A stretch of 64,000 bases of DNA from Deltaproteobacteria bacterium (GTDB taxonomy: Bacteria > Myxococcota > B64-G9), in NCBI GenBank assembly GCA_016935365.1, contig JAFGRB010000178.1:389-64388 (forward strand). Reading direction: 5' to 3'. A model generated the notes under the pieces. That model ran no database searches, was not told the origin of the DNA, and saw only the letters and a program-made list of their open reading frames with translations. This document shows positions 1 to 10,038 of the stretch, piece after piece. Position 1 is the first letter of the stretch; each line of letters starts with the position of its first letter. The position numbers and the translations under genes were made by a program.

Positions 1-32
1 ATACACCGCCGCTATGACGCGGTCGATGACGA

Positions 33-338
33 ATGACAGCCAAGACAGGAAGGCCCGGTCGGCCCCTGATCATCCTGTGGACCGACCGAGCACGTCGCGA
101 CCTCGCGGCGATTGGAGACCACATCGCCGCGGACAATCCCTCCGAAGCCAGGCGCTGGGTCGACCTTCTCATCGCCGATGTCGAGCGGGCTGCCGAGATG
201 CCCCTTGCCGGTAGAGTGGTGCCCGAAGTGGACGACCGAAAGGACATCCGCGAGCTGATCCGACGCACTTTTCGGACCCGTCCTCGTCAGCTGCCGAACT
301 CGCACCGGCGGTGGTGCTTCTGCATCAGCGCGTCGTAG
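33..338 (+). CDS. ParE/RelE-family toxin-like ORF, C-terminus degenerate; its 3' end overlaps the convergent response-regulator gene
   Basis: N-terminal ILWTDRARRDLAAIGDHIA...ARRW motif is typical of ParE toxins. The C-terminus diverges from the family and may be a remnant. The antitoxin would lie upstream of the window. Confidence 0.4.
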   Translation: MTAKTGRPGRPLIILWTDRARRDLAAIGDHIAADNPSEARRWVDLLIADVERAAEMPLAGRVVPEVDDRKDIRELIRRTFRTRPRQLPNSHRRWCFCISAS

Positions 339-1000
339 TGCTCGTAGGGGGTCGTGCCGTCCTTGCGCCTGGGCAGGCCGATGCCCAGCAGCTTGGCGGT
401 CAGCAGGCCGCACAGGGCGGCCACCCGATCGCGCTCGTTGTAGCGGGCCGGGCTGGCCAGCTCGTTCAGGCAGGCGGTCAGCCGCCGCCGGATGCCGTCC
501 GCGATCCGCTCGGGCACGCCGGGCAGGTCGTACAGCGGCGCCAGCTCGTCCGCGTAAGGCGCGAAGCGCGGATGGAAGTCCGGGTCGTCCCGGGCTGCGC
601 GCTGCTGCTCGCGCTCCTGGGCAGACTCCAGGTAGGCGTCCACCACCGCCTGGAGCCGGTCGAAGACGAAGGGCTTGATGATGTAGCGCAAGCCCAGCTC
701 GGCGCTCTCCTGCTCGAGCCTGTCCTCGGGCTCGCCGGTCACCAGGGCCACCTGCATGTGGGGGTTGTTGCGCCGCAGGTAGCCGCCCAGCACCAGGCCC
801 TCCATGCCCGGCAGGTGGTGATCGATGAAGGCCACCTGGAAGGTCTGGTAGGGCAGGAGCTCCAGGCCCTCCTCGGCCGAGCCGGCCGTGGCCACCATGT
901 GGCCCTGCTTGAGAAAGGCCTCGGCGATCACCCGCGTGACCTCCTCCTCGTCGTCGATCACCAGGATGTTGAGCTGATCGTCGTCTCCCGTGTGCTCCAT
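287..1000 (-). CDS. Response regulator: CheY-like receiver domain with an uncharacterised C-terminal domain
   Basis: [10 protein letters not shown]...D...KPF receiver motifs; no DNA-binding output domain recognised. Confidence 0.7.
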   Translation of the reverse strand: MEHTGDDDQLNILVIDDEEEVTRVIAEAFLKQGHMVATAGSAEEGLELLPYQTFQVAFIDHHLPGMEGLVLGGYLRRNNPHMQVALVTGEPEDRLEQESAELGLRYIIKPFVFDRLQAVVDAYLESAQEREQQRAARDDPDFHPRFAPYADELAPLYDLPGVPERIADGIRRRLTACLNELASPARYNERDRVAALCGLLTAKLLGIGLPRRKDGTTPYEHYDALMQKHHRRCEFGS

Positions 1001-1111
1001 GGCCGCTGCCTCCCGTTTCGCATCCGATCAATCCCCTAGAAGGTTACTCGAAATCCGCCACTTGTCGAGCGGGCCGGATGCGGATACCATCGACATCGAG
1101 GAGGATCGAAC

Positions 1112-2140
1112 ATGCGACCGCTCCGATATCTTCTGTCCGGACTGTGCTCCTGTTGCCTGCTCGTCGCCTGCGGCGACTCCAGCGGCGACTCCGGAAAGCC
1201 CATGGAGATCACCGCCACGGTCGACCTCTCACAGCACGGGATCCTGTATGCCCTTCTCGCCGATGGCGATCACTGCTACATCGGCACGACCGAAGGCGAG
1301 CTGCTGATATACGACATCGGAGACGAGACCGCTCCCTCCCGGGTGGGGATCTACGAGCACGCCAGCGGCTCTGCCCTGACCGGCCTGTGCAAGGAAGGCG
1401 ACCTCGTCTACGCCACCTTCCGGACCGGGATCCTGGCCGTCATCGACGTCTCCAACCCGGCTGCCCCGACCCTGCGGGGAAGCGACGAGCCGCAGGGCGC
1501 CAGCGGGTGGGAGCCGGTCAAGGACGGCGACCGCGTCTTCTGGGTGGGCGGCGGAAGCCCGAACGGCGCTTACTTGCAGGTGACCGAGGTCGGCAACCCG
1601 GACGCGCCGCAGCACGTCTCGACCTTCTGCGCTGCGGACCAGACCCAGGACTCGGACGCCATCGCCAAGGACGGCGACCACGTCTACATGGGAGACCTCC
1701 GGGGGGATTTCTACGCGGTGGACGTCTCCGACCCGGCCGCGCCCCATCTCGACGGCTCGCTCACCTTCACGTACATGCGGGGCGTGGACGACGCCGAGAT
1801 CCACGGCAGCCACGTGTTCTTCGCCAAGCGCCTGGACGGCCTGTTCGTGATCGACGTCTCGAACCCCGCCGAGCCGAGCCAGGTGGGGACCTTCGCCCTG
1901 TCCGACGGCTGGGCGGCCGACAGCCAGTACGACGGCGAGCACCTGTACGTCGCATACGGCGATGCGGGTCTCGTCAGGGTCGACGTCAGCGATCCATCGA
2001 ATCCCGTCCAGGTGGGAGCCGCCCTGCGGCCGGACGGCGACTTCCAGCTCGAGCGGGTCTCGCTGACCGGAGACCTCGCCTGTCTGCTCGACACGGGCCT
2101 CAGCTCGACCCACCGCTTGATGGTCGCCAGGATCAAGTAG
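1112..2140 (+). CDS. LVIVD-repeat (beta-propeller) lipoprotein
   Basis: Signal peptide with lipobox LLVAC; repeated G(D/E)xxY(V/I)..(L/V)xV(I/V)DVSxPxxP units; GGAGG SD. Confidence 0.7.
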   Translation: MRPLRYLLSGLCSCCLLVACGDSSGDSGKPMEITATVDLSQHGILYALLADGDHCYIGTTEGELLIYDIGDETAPSRVGIYEHASGSALTGLCKEGDLVYATFRTGILAVIDVSNPAAPTLRGSDEPQGASGWEPVKDGDRVFWVGGGSPNGAYLQVTEVGNPDAPQHVSTFCAADQTQDSDAIAKDGDHVYMGDLRGDFYAVDVSDPAAPHLDGSLTFTYMRGVDDAEIHGSHVFFAKRLDGLFVIDVSNPAEPSQVGTFALSDGWAADSQYDGEHLYVAYGDAGLVRVDVSDPSNPVQVGAALRPDGDFQLERVSLTGDLACLLDTGLSSTHRLMVARIK

Positions 2141-2149
2141 CCGCCGCGC

Positions 2150-2671
2150 TCAGCGGCCGTAGAGCTCCAGGACGAGACGCGTTCGCGCCCCCCGGGCGCC
2201 GGGCTCGGGCCGCTGGAGGGCGCTGACGTGGACGAGCAGGGCATCGTCCAGCTTGGCGATCTGCGCCTCGCCCGACAGCGGATCGCCATCGATCTCGATC
2301 TCGGCGACGTGGAGCCCGAAGGCCCCGGCCCGGCTCGGCTCGCGCAGGGTGATCGAGGCCGGCTCGACGCGAAGCTCGGAGAGCACGGCCCGCAGCTCGC
2401 GCTCCACGCCGGCTCGATCGATACGCGCCGGCAGCAGCCGGGCCTCGAGCTCGGCGACCTTCTTCTCGATCATCTCGCCCCGCTTCTTGATGACGGACAG
2501 GTTGCCGGCGATCTCCTGGGCGCGGTAGAGCTCCTGCTCGACCGCGCGCAGCCGCTCCTTCAGCCGGGCCAGCTCGACGACCCGCGGCTGGTGGGCGAGC
2601 AGGAAGTACGCCCCGATCACGCCTGCCCAGACCAGCGCGTAGGCCAGCCAGCGGATGCGCGCCGCGCTCAT
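2150..2671 (-). CDS. Membrane-anchored coiled-coil protein, PilO/GspM-like
   Basis: N-terminal TM helix then a coiled coil. ATG overlaps the upstream stop (ATGA). A longer antisense-overlapping N-terminal extension was rejected. Confidence 0.5.
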   Translation of the reverse strand: MSAARIRWLAYALVWAGVIGAYFLLAHQPRVVELARLKERLRAVEQELYRAQEIAGNLSVIKKRGEMIEKKVAELEARLLPARIDRAGVERELRAVLSELRVEPASITLREPSRAGAFGLHVAEIEIDGDPLSGEAQIAKLDDALLVHVSALQRPEPGARGARTRLVLELYGR

Positions 2672-3141
2672 GGCCGCACCTCCGGCGCCAGCGCGCAGCG
2701 AAGCTCCGCCCGGCCGGCCTCGGCAGCGGGCATCCCCGTGCAGGAGGCGTAGACCGGGCTCGTGCCGAGGGCGGTCGCGAGCTTCAGCACCTGCTCGTCC
2801 GCGCCCCGGAGCCCAATCTGGATCTCCTGGCCGTACTGCTCGAAGCGGAGCAGCGCGACCCCTTCGGTCAGCCGCAGGGCATCTCCGAGCGCCGTGTTGT
2901 CGGCCCGGCGCGCGAGCCGCTCCAGCTCTCCCAGCCGGGCCTCGGCCCGCGAGCTGCCGTCCGCGTACTGCCTGACCGCGCCCATGGCCTTGTCGTACTG
3001 CTGGAGCTGCTGCAGGGTCGCGGTGATATCCCGGCGCAGATCGGTCACGGGCTGCTCGGCGAAGTGATCCCAGACGACCAGCCCGGCGACGAGCAGCGCG
3101 CTCAGCAGCCCCGCGATCAGACACTCTTTCCAGCTCGGCAT
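2668..3141 (-). CDS. Membrane-anchored coiled-coil protein, PilN-like
   Basis: TM helix LIAGLLSALLVAGLVV; GGAGG SD 5 nt upstream; translationally coupled to the next gene. Confidence 0.5.
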   Translation of the reverse strand: MPSWKECLIAGLLSALLVAGLVVWDHFAEQPVTDLRRDITATLQQLQQYDKAMGAVRQYADGSSRAEARLGELERLARRADNTALGDALRLTEGVALLRFEQYGQEIQIGLRGADEQVLKLATALGTSPVYASCTGMPAAEAGRAELRCALAPEVRP

Positions 3142-3151
3142 ATCGCCTCCC

Positions 3152-4510
3152 TCAACGCGCCGCCCGGCCGACATTCCATAGCGAGGCGGCCAGCAGCATC
3201 GAAAGAACCGAGCTGCCGATCCAGAAAACGACCGGCAGGCTGAAGTCGTAATGCCGGATCCCACCCGTGAACGTGGTGCCGCTGCCGACCAGGTAGCCCG
3301 AGACCAGCTCCTGGATACCAGCGCCCAGGTAGGAGAAGACCCCGATCATGCCCATGGCCGCCCCGGTGACATGCTTGGGGGTGATGTCGACCGCGAACAG
3401 GCCGCCGAGCACCGCTAAAAGACCGCTCAGGGTGAAGCCGTAGAGCACGAAGCCCAGAGCCATCGCGTAGAAGCTCCTGGCCGGCCCGAAGAAGATGATG
3501 AACAGGGCCGCGATCTCGACCAGGCCGAAGATCAGGGTCAGCGGCGGGCGGCGGGCATCGAAGAAGCGGTCGGAGAGGTAGCCGTATGCTATACAGCCCA
3601 TCGCTCCGGTGACCGTGTTGAGCCCGATCAGCGTACCCGCCTCGATCAGGGTGAACTTGTGGACCTCCTGGAGGTAGAGGATGCCCCAGTTGTTGATGGC
3701 GTAGCGGGTGACGTACATCAGAGAAGAGGAGATTCCGATCACCCAGATGGCGGGCATCTTCAAGATGGACAGCTGGGCCGAGATGGTCGACCTGGACATG
3801 GGCTCGGGCGGTTGGCCGCTCCACTCGGCAACCGGCGGCAGGCCGAGGGTCTCCGGGCGATCCCGGAGACCCAGGTACACGCCCACGGCCACCAGCAGGC
3901 AGGTGATGCCCGGGCCGATGAAGGCCGCGTTCCAGATCGAGATGGCCACCAGGGTCGAGGTCCCGAAGTAGGTCAGGCCTTCCCCGATCGAGTGGGCCGA
4001 CGACCACAGGCCGTACATGGTGCCGCGCTTCTTGCCCGAGAACCACTGGGTGATCGAGACCACCGAGGCCGGCGCCCCGAAGCCCTGGAACCAGCCGTTG
4101 ACCCCCCACAGGACCACCGCCACGAAGACCAGCGTGTTGAGTCCCATGATCAGGTTCAGGCAGGCCGAGACGGCCAGGCCCGCCGGAATGAAGCGGCGCA
4201 CGTTGACCCGGTCGGCCAGAAAGCCGTTGAAGACCTTGCCGGCCCCGTAGCCCCACAGGTAGGCGGCTCCGATCCAGCCCAGCTGCTCGGCGCTGAATAC
4301 CCCGCCGTCGATCAGCGGCTTCTTGACCACCGACAGCCCCAGCCGGCAGGTGTAGGCGAAGCCGTAGCCCAGGGTCAGCGTGATGATCACCGACAGTCGC
4401 GTTCGCCGGTACAGCCTGTCGACCTTCGCGGGATCCTGGATCCGCGGCGCGGCCTGGCCGCGCGCGAAGAATCCCAGCAGTCTCCTGATCGGCGAGCTCG
4501 GCTGAATCAC
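3152..4510 (-). CDS. MFS transporter, organophosphate:Pi antiporter family (GlpT/UhpT-like)
   Basis: 12-TM MFS protein with GlpT-like motifs (LGYGFAY..R, GW.GA.Y..YG.GK...G...DR). Confidence 0.8.
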   Translation of the reverse strand: MIQPSSPIRRLLGFFARGQAAPRIQDPAKVDRLYRRTRLSVIITLTLGYGFAYTCRLGLSVVKKPLIDGGVFSAEQLGWIGAAYLWGYGAGKVFNGFLADRVNVRRFIPAGLAVSACLNLIMGLNTLVFVAVVLWGVNGWFQGFGAPASVVSITQWFSGKKRGTMYGLWSSAHSIGEGLTYFGTSTLVAISIWNAAFIGPGITCLLVAVGVYLGLRDRPETLGLPPVAEWSGQPPEPMSRSTISAQLSILKMPAIWVIGISSSLMYVTRYAINNWGILYLQEVHKFTLIEAGTLIGLNTVTGAMGCIAYGYLSDRFFDARRPPLTLIFGLVEIAALFIIFFGPARSFYAMALGFVLYGFTLSGLLAVLGGLFAVDITPKHVTGAAMGMIGVFSYLGAGIQELVSGYLVGSGTTFTGGIRHYDFSLPVVFWIGSSVLSMLLAASLWNVGRAAR

Positions 4511-4643
4511 GCGGCTACTCTACCCTCGATGGCAGCCAGCCGACAGGAAAAATCCAGATTTCCCACGTCCAGCGTACAGCGCGGATGCCTCGAAAACGGG
4601 GCCAGCTTGCCGAGCACCGTTGCCGCGTGCTAAATTCAGCTCC

Positions 4644-5621
4644 ATGATCCCGCGCATCTGCTGCATGGCCATGGCGATCTGCCTGGCCGCACCCCAGGCC
4701 GCCCCGGCCGAAGAAGCGCCGGCCCGCCCCCGGGTGGCCGTGCTGGACCTGCAGGGCGAGAGCTTCCCGTCCGAGACCCTGGCCACCCTGACCGGCGTGC
4801 TGCTGAGCGGCCTGAGCCAGGGCGGCGGCCTCGACGTCCTGGGCAAGGCCGACCTGGGCCGGATCCTGAGCGTGGACCAGATCAACCAGCTGCTGGGCTG
4901 CGACGCGAACGACGCGCGCTGCACGCTCGAGCGCGGCCGCTTCCTCGGCAACGCCATCCTGGTCTGGGGCTCGGTGGGCCGGGTGGCCGACAAGGCGGTC
5001 GTGACCGTCTCGGCGGTCGACATGCAGGCCGGGCTCGCCATCGGCCGGGCCAGCCGGACCGTGGACGCCGACGACGGCGACGATCTGATCGAGGCCACCG
5101 GCGAGCTGGCGGCCGAGATCCGGGCGCTGCTGGGCCTGGAGTCCGAGGCCACCTGGACGCCCATCATGGCCGTCAGCCTTCGCTACGGCGGCTTCATATC
5201 CGGCTACGTGGGCGGCGAGGACGCCGATCCGGCCACCTACCTGCACGGGATCGAGCTCGAGTTCAACGCCTTCATCATCCCCGAGGTCCCGGTCTACCTC
5301 AAGGTGGGCCTGACCATCGGCGGCGGCGAGACCGGCGTGGTCTTCGTGCCGGCCACAATAGGCGCCAAGTACCGCTTCATCCGCGACTGGCTCACGCCGT
5401 ACATCGGGCTCGGCCTGGGGCTCGAGTTCCTCGACTTCGACAAGGAGAGCGGCAACGCCTTCAGCCTGCACGTCATCGGCGGCCTCGAGATCAACCCCTG
5501 GAAGCGCCTGGGCTTCTGCGTCGACGGCGGCTTCAACTTCAGCCAGTACTTCAACACCGACACCAAGGATCTGAGCCAGATCGGCGGCAAGATCCATGTG
5601 GGCGTCATCTACCGCTTCTGA
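4644..5621 (+). CDS. Outer-membrane beta-barrel protein with an N-terminal CsgG/LpoB-like periplasmic domain
   Basis: Signal peptide; C-terminal amphipathic beta-strands ending ...VIYRF; an alternative ATG lies at 4620. Confidence 0.6.
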   Translation: MIPRICCMAMAICLAAPQAAPAEEAPARPRVAVLDLQGESFPSETLATLTGVLLSGLSQGGGLDVLGKADLGRILSVDQINQLLGCDANDARCTLERGRFLGNAILVWGSVGRVADKAVVTVSAVDMQAGLAIGRASRTVDADDGDDLIEATGELAAEIRALLGLESEATWTPIMAVSLRYGGFISGYVGGEDADPATYLHGIELEFNAFIIPEVPVYLKVGLTIGGGETGVVFVPATIGAKYRFIRDWLTPYIGLGLGLEFLDFDKESGNAFSLHVIGGLEINPWKRLGFCVDGGFNFSQYFNTDTKDLSQIGGKIHVGVIYRF

Positions 5622-5624
5622 GCC

Positions 5625-6662
5625 ATGGCCGGATCCGCCTGGAGACGGGAGATCGCCGCCTGCGTGAGCGATCCGGAGGCGCTGCCCTTGAGCGCTGCCG
5701 TCAAGAGTCGCGTCCGCCGGGTCGCGGCGCGCTTTCCGATGCGCATCCCGCCCGCCCTGCTCGAGCGCGCGGCGCTCTCCGATCCGCGCTGCCCGATCCG
5801 CCGCCAGGTGCTGCCGGACCCCCGCGAGCTCGCGCCGGGCGGTGCGCTCGATCCGCTCGACGAGGAGTCCTTCCTGCTCGCCCCGGGCATCATCCGCCGC
5901 TTCGAAGACCGGCTCGTAGCCCGGGTCAGCGACCGCTGCCCGGTGCTCTGCCGGCACTGCAACCGCAAGCGCTTCTGGAACACCGACGACGATCTCGCCA
6001 CCCGCGAGGGCCTGGCCCGCGCGCTCTCCTGCGCGCCCGAGGTGCGCGAGGTGATCCTGAGCGGCGGCGAGCCCCTGATGCTCGCAGACCGCAGCCTGGA
6101 CGCGTGGCTCGAGGCGGCCCGCAGCCGCGCAGGCGTCGAGGTGCTGCGCGTCCACACCCGCGCCCCGGCCGCCCTGCCGGCCCGCCTGACCCCGGGCCTG
6201 GCCCGCACCCTGGCCCGCCACCGCCCCCTGTGGGTCGTGACCCAGTTCAACCACGCCCTGGAGATCACGGACAGCGCCCGCCGCGGCATCGCCCGCCTGC
6301 TGGCTGCCGGCATCCCGGTGCTCAACCAGGCCGTGCTGCTCCGCGGGGTGAACGACTCGGTATCCGCCCAAGCGCAGCTCGGACGCGGCCTGGTCGCTGC
6401 CGGGATCAAGCCCCACTATCTCTTCCAGCTCGACCGGGTCACGGGTGCGCTGCACTTCCAGGTGCCGGTGCGGCGCAGCCTGGCCATCGCGGCCGGCCTG
6501 CGCGCGCGCTGCTCCGGGCTCGTCGTGCCCCACCTGCTGGCCGACCTGCCCAGCACCGGCGGCAAGGTGCCGCTCAACCCGGACGCGGTACTGGGCTTCG
6601 TCGAAGGCGGCGTGATGCTCCGCGGCGCGGACGGCAGAGACTACCTCTACCCCGGCCCGTGA
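5625..6662 (+). CDS. KamA-family radical SAM protein (lysine 2,3-aminomutase / EpmB-like)
   Basis: CPVLCRHCNRKRF CxxxCxxC motif and KamA-family conserved blocks. Confidence 0.75.
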   Translation: MAGSAWRREIAACVSDPEALPLSAAVKSRVRRVAARFPMRIPPALLERAALSDPRCPIRRQVLPDPRELAPGGALDPLDEESFLLAPGIIRRFEDRLVARVSDRCPVLCRHCNRKRFWNTDDDLATREGLARALSCAPEVREVILSGGEPLMLADRSLDAWLEAARSRAGVEVLRVHTRAPAALPARLTPGLARTLARHRPLWVVTQFNHALEITDSARRGIARLLAAGIPVLNQAVLLRGVNDSVSAQAQLGRGLVAAGIKPHYLFQLDRVTGALHFQVPVRRSLAIAAGLRARCSGLVVPHLLADLPSTGGKVPLNPDAVLGFVEGGVMLRGADGRDYLYPGP

Positions 6663-6675
6663 GCGCCGCCGCGTC

Positions 6676-7419
6676 TCACTTCGGCGCGATCAGCCCGCGG
6701 AACATCTCCAGCGGCACGGGGAAGATCACCGTGGACGAGTTCTCGGTCGAGATCTCAGCCAAGGTCTGCAGGTAGCGAAGCTGCAGCGCGCTGGGCTCCT
6801 TCTGCAGGGCGGTGGCCGCCTCGGCCAGCTTCTTGGACGCCTGCATCTCGCCCTCGGCGTGGATGACCTTGGCCCGCCGCTCGCGCTCGGCCTCGGCCTG
6901 CTTGGCCATGGCCCGCTGCATCTCCTGGGGCAGGTCGACGTGCTTGATCTCGACCTTGCTCACCTTGACACCCCAGGGATCGGTGTCCGAATCCAGGATG
7001 CTCTGTAGCTGCTCATTGAGGTGCTCTCGCCTGGTCAGCAGGTCGTCCAGGTCCACCTGCCCGAGCACCGAGCGCAGGGTGGTCTGGGCGAGCTGGCTGG
7101 TGTTGTAGAGGTAGTTGTCCACCTCGAGCACGGCCTTGTCCGGGTTGAGAACCCGCATGAAGACGACCGCGTTGACCTGGACCGTGACGTTGTCCTTGGT
7201 GATGATGTCCTGGGGTGGCACGTCCCGGGCGATGGTCCTGAGGTCGACCTTGACCAGCTGGTCGATGAAAGGGATGATGAAGCGCAGGCCTGGCCCCTTC
7301 ATCCCGGCGTACTTGCCCAGCCTGAAGATCACGCCCCGCTGGTACTCCAGGATGGTGCGCAAACCCATGAGGATGAACAGCACCACGATTCCTACCGGCA
7401 CTCCGATCGCATAGCCCAT
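6676..7419 (-). CDS. SPFH/band-7 (stomatin-like) membrane protein
   Basis: N-terminal TM then an SPFH domain ([10 protein letters not shown]..., coiled-coil tail); SD GGAGGG; sits downstream of NfeD. Confidence 0.85.
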   Translation of the reverse strand: MGYAIGVPVGIVVLFILMGLRTILEYQRGVIFRLGKYAGMKGPGLRFIIPFIDQLVKVDLRTIARDVPPQDIITKDNVTVQVNAVVFMRVLNPDKAVLEVDNYLYNTSQLAQTTLRSVLGQVDLDDLLTRREHLNEQLQSILDSDTDPWGVKVSKVEIKHVDLPQEMQRAMAKQAEAERERRAKVIHAEGEMQASKKLAEAATALQKEPSALQLRYLQTLAEISTENSSTVIFPVPLEMFRGLIAPK

Positions 7420-7448
7420 TGGATCCCTCCGTCGCTTTGACTTCGCGT

Positions 7449-9101
7449 TTATGGCGTTCCGCTCTTCGCCTTGACTATCATCTTCAGCCCGTCCGTGCGG
7501 ACCACCTCCACCGATGCACCCTCCGGGATGCTGCCCTCCTCGCAGACGGCGTTCCAGTACTCGCCGTGCACGAAGACCTTGCCGCCCGCGGGCGTGACCT
7601 CGCTGCGGGCCGTGCCCAGCTCGCCCTCGATCCCGTGCGCCCCGGTTCGCACCTTGGATCGCTGGGTTCGCACCACGTAGTAACCTATGCCCAGAAAGAG
7701 GATCCCCAGCACGATCACGGTGGGGATCAGGACGGTCCATTCGACTTTCATGGTCGGATCCATGTAATGCGGTTGTTGGCTTGGATCGACGAGCAGGATG
7801 CCGCCGATCACCATGAGGATGGCGCCGCCGATGCCCAGCATGCCGTAGCTCGTCACGTAGATCTCGCCGATCATCAGGCCCAGCCCGGCGAGCACCAGCA
7901 GCAGGCCGCCCAGGTCCACCGGCAGGATCTGCATGGAGATGAAGGCCAGCAGCAGGCACAGCGCGCCCACCGCGCCGGGCACGATCATGCCTGGGTGGTA
8001 GAACTCCATGGCGATGCCGGCCAGCCCGATCAGGAAGAGGATGATGAGCAGGTTGGGGTTGGCGAGCCCGCCCAGCAGCCGCTGCTTGAGGGTCTTGTCC
8101 CAGCGCCGGACGGCCGCGCCTTTTGTCTCGAGCACGACCGCGGTCTTGTCGTCCAGGCGGATCTTGCGGCCGTCGAGCTTTGCGAGCAGGTCGTCCGTGT
8201 CGTCTGCGATCAGGTCGATGACGTTCTTCTTCAGCGCCTCGTCGGCCGGAATGGAGACCGACTCGAGGACCGCCTTGCGGGCCCAGTCCACGTTGCGGCC
8301 GCGCTCCTTGGCGATGCTCTCGATCAGGGACACGGCGTTGTTGGTGACCTTCTCGTTCATGATGGCCTGCTGGTCCTGGCGCTTCTTCTTCTCCTCGTCG
8401 TCCTTGTCGCCGCCCATGTCCGGTATGAAGCTGATCATGACCGGGTGGGCCGCGCCGATGTGCGAGCCGGGCGCCATGGCCGCCACGTGGCCGGCCAGGG
8501 TGACGAAGGTGCCCGCCGAGGCCGCCTGGGCGCCCTTGGGCGAGACGAAGACCACGACCGGCACCGGGCTGCCGAGGATGTGCTTGACGATCTCCTTGGT
8601 CTCCTCGAGGTCGCCGCCCGGGGTGTCGAGCTCGATGACCAGGCAGGCCAGGTCCTGACTCTGCGTGCGCTCTATCGCGTCGTCGATGTAGTCGGCCGTG
8701 CCGGCGAAGATGCCGCCCTCGACCCGGATCAGGCCCACGGCGCCCTTGCGGTGCTGCGTCTCTGTGGGCTCGGCCTTCGCATCGGCCTTGGCCTTGGCAT
8801 CGACCTTGGCGTCGGCCGCGGCCGCGTCGCCGCCAGCCTTCTCGAGCGCTTCCCGGGTCCGATCGAGCTCGGCCTTGGCCTTGGCCTTGGCGTACTCGGC
8901 CTCGGCCCGGACCAGGTCCAGGGCGGCCTTGGCCTTGGCCTCCTCGTAGGCCTTGCGGGCCTGCTCGTAGTCCTGCCGGGCCCGCGCCTGCTCCTCGTCG
9001 CCGGCCTGGGCGCCGCTCGCGGCCAGCACCGCCGCAGCCCCGAGCAGCGCGAGGAAGGCGAGGCGCTGGACGCGGCGTCCCCATCTGCGCATGCGGATCA
9101 T
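7449..9101 (-). CDS. NfeD-family membrane-bound ClpP-class serine protease
   Basis: Signal peptide, ClpP-like domain, multi-TM region and C-terminal OB-fold; the classic NfeD-SPFH pairing. Confidence 0.8.
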   Translation of the reverse strand: MIRMRRWGRRVQRLAFLALLGAAAVLAASGAQAGDEEQARARQDYEQARKAYEEAKAKAALDLVRAEAEYAKAKAKAELDRTREALEKAGGDAAAADAKVDAKAKADAKAEPTETQHRKGAVGLIRVEGGIFAGTADYIDDAIERTQSQDLACLVIELDTPGGDLEETKEIVKHILGSPVPVVVFVSPKGAQAASAGTFVTLAGHVAAMAPGSHIGAAHPVMISFIPDMGGDKDDEEKKKRQDQQAIMNEKVTNNAVSLIESIAKERGRNVDWARKAVLESVSIPADEALKKNVIDLIADDTDDLLAKLDGRKIRLDDKTAVVLETKGAAVRRWDKTLKQRLLGGLANPNLLIILFLIGLAGIAMEFYHPGMIVPGAVGALCLLLAFISMQILPVDLGGLLLVLAGLGLMIGEIYVTSYGMLGIGGAILMVIGGILLVDPSQQPHYMDPTMKVEWTVLIPTVIVLGILFLGIGYYVVRTQRSKVRTGAHGIEGELGTARSEVTPAGGKVFVHGEYWNAVCEEGSIPEGASVEVVRTDGLKMIVKAKSGTP

Positions 9102-9105
9102 GATC

Positions 9106-9966
9106 TCACGTCTCCTCCTCCGCCGCTCTCGCCATCTCGGCCATGACCAGCTGCACGTCCTGCCAGACCGGTTTCTTGGCGGCCTCGTTGCGCAGCAGGT
9201 AGGCGGGGTGGTAGGTCGGCAGCAATCGCGATCCGTCCGGCATGTCGTAGAGCCGGCCGCGCAGCCGCCCCAGGGAGCGCTCGGTGCCCAGCAGGTACTG
9301 GGCCGCCGTGGCGCCCAGGCAGATGATGTAGCGCGGGCGGATGATCTCGAGCTGCCGGGCCAGAAAGACGCCGCAGGTGCGCATCTCGTCCGGCTCGGGC
9401 GTGCGGTTGCCGGGCGGGCGGCACTTGACCACGTTGCAGATGTAGACCTCGGAGCGCTGCACGCCCATGGCGGCCAGGATACGGTCGAGCAGCTGGCCGG
9501 CCGGGCCCACGAAGGGCCGGCCGCAGCGATCCTCCTCGCCGCCCGGGCCCTCGCCCACCAGCACCAGCCGCGCCGTGGGGTGGCCCTCGCCGAAGACGAT
9601 GTGCTGCCTGCGCTCGTGCAGGCGGCAGCGGGTGCAGCCGCCCAGCCGCTGCCGGAGGAGGTCGAGCTCGGCCCCGGCCTGCTCGGCCGACAGCGGGTTG
9701 GGCCGCCATCTCTGCGGGGCGCTCCTGGGCGCGGCCGGCCTGCCGGGGGCGAAGAGCCCCGCCTGCGCCTGCTCGCGGCTCGGCCCGGCTGCGGGTCGAT
9801 CAGAACTGTGCACCAGCTCGACCGGCCCCGGGCTGCGCCGGGGCAGCTGCTGGATGCCGAAGCTCCGCAGCAGGCCCAGGTGGACCTCCAGGTCGCGGAC
9901 GAGGTGAGCGAGCTCGGCGTGCAGGTCCAAGAACACCTCCCGGATTGACCCGCGGGTCCGTCCCAT
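9106..9966 (-). CDS. Uracil-DNA glycosylase, family 4 (Fe-S type)
   Basis: GEGPGGEED...RPFVG.AGQLL motif and Cys residues; stop 4 nt before the NfeD start. Confidence 0.8.
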   Translation of the reverse strand: MGRTRGSIREVFLDLHAELAHLVRDLEVHLGLLRSFGIQQLPRRSPGPVELVHSSDRPAAGPSREQAQAGLFAPGRPAAPRSAPQRWRPNPLSAEQAGAELDLLRQRLGGCTRCRLHERRQHIVFGEGHPTARLVLVGEGPGGEEDRCGRPFVGPAGQLLDRILAAMGVQRSEVYICNVVKCRPPGNRTPEPDEMRTCGVFLARQLEIIRPRYIICLGATAAQYLLGTERSLGRLRGRLYDMPDGSRLLPTYHPAYLLRNEAAKKPVWQDVQLVMAEMARAAEEET

Positions 9967-10038
9967 ATAGCATTTCACCTGGCGGACAACAAGCCTTGCC
10001 GCCGGTCCAGCTCTTTTGTGCACCAGCGAGGTGGCCGC

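Noticed and set aside
4515-6533. 672-aa minus-strand ORF spanning the OMP and KamA-family genes
   Set aside because: Low-complexity Ala/Arg/Gly-rich translation typical of antisense frames in 70% GC DNA. The plus-strand genes have clear domains, signal peptides and motifs.
6676-9084. Single 802-aa ORF spanning the SPFH and NfeD regions
   Set aside because: Only the C-terminal 247 aa (SPFH) is protein-like. The N-terminal part is an off-frame overlap of the NfeD gene, which sits in another frame (7449-9101).
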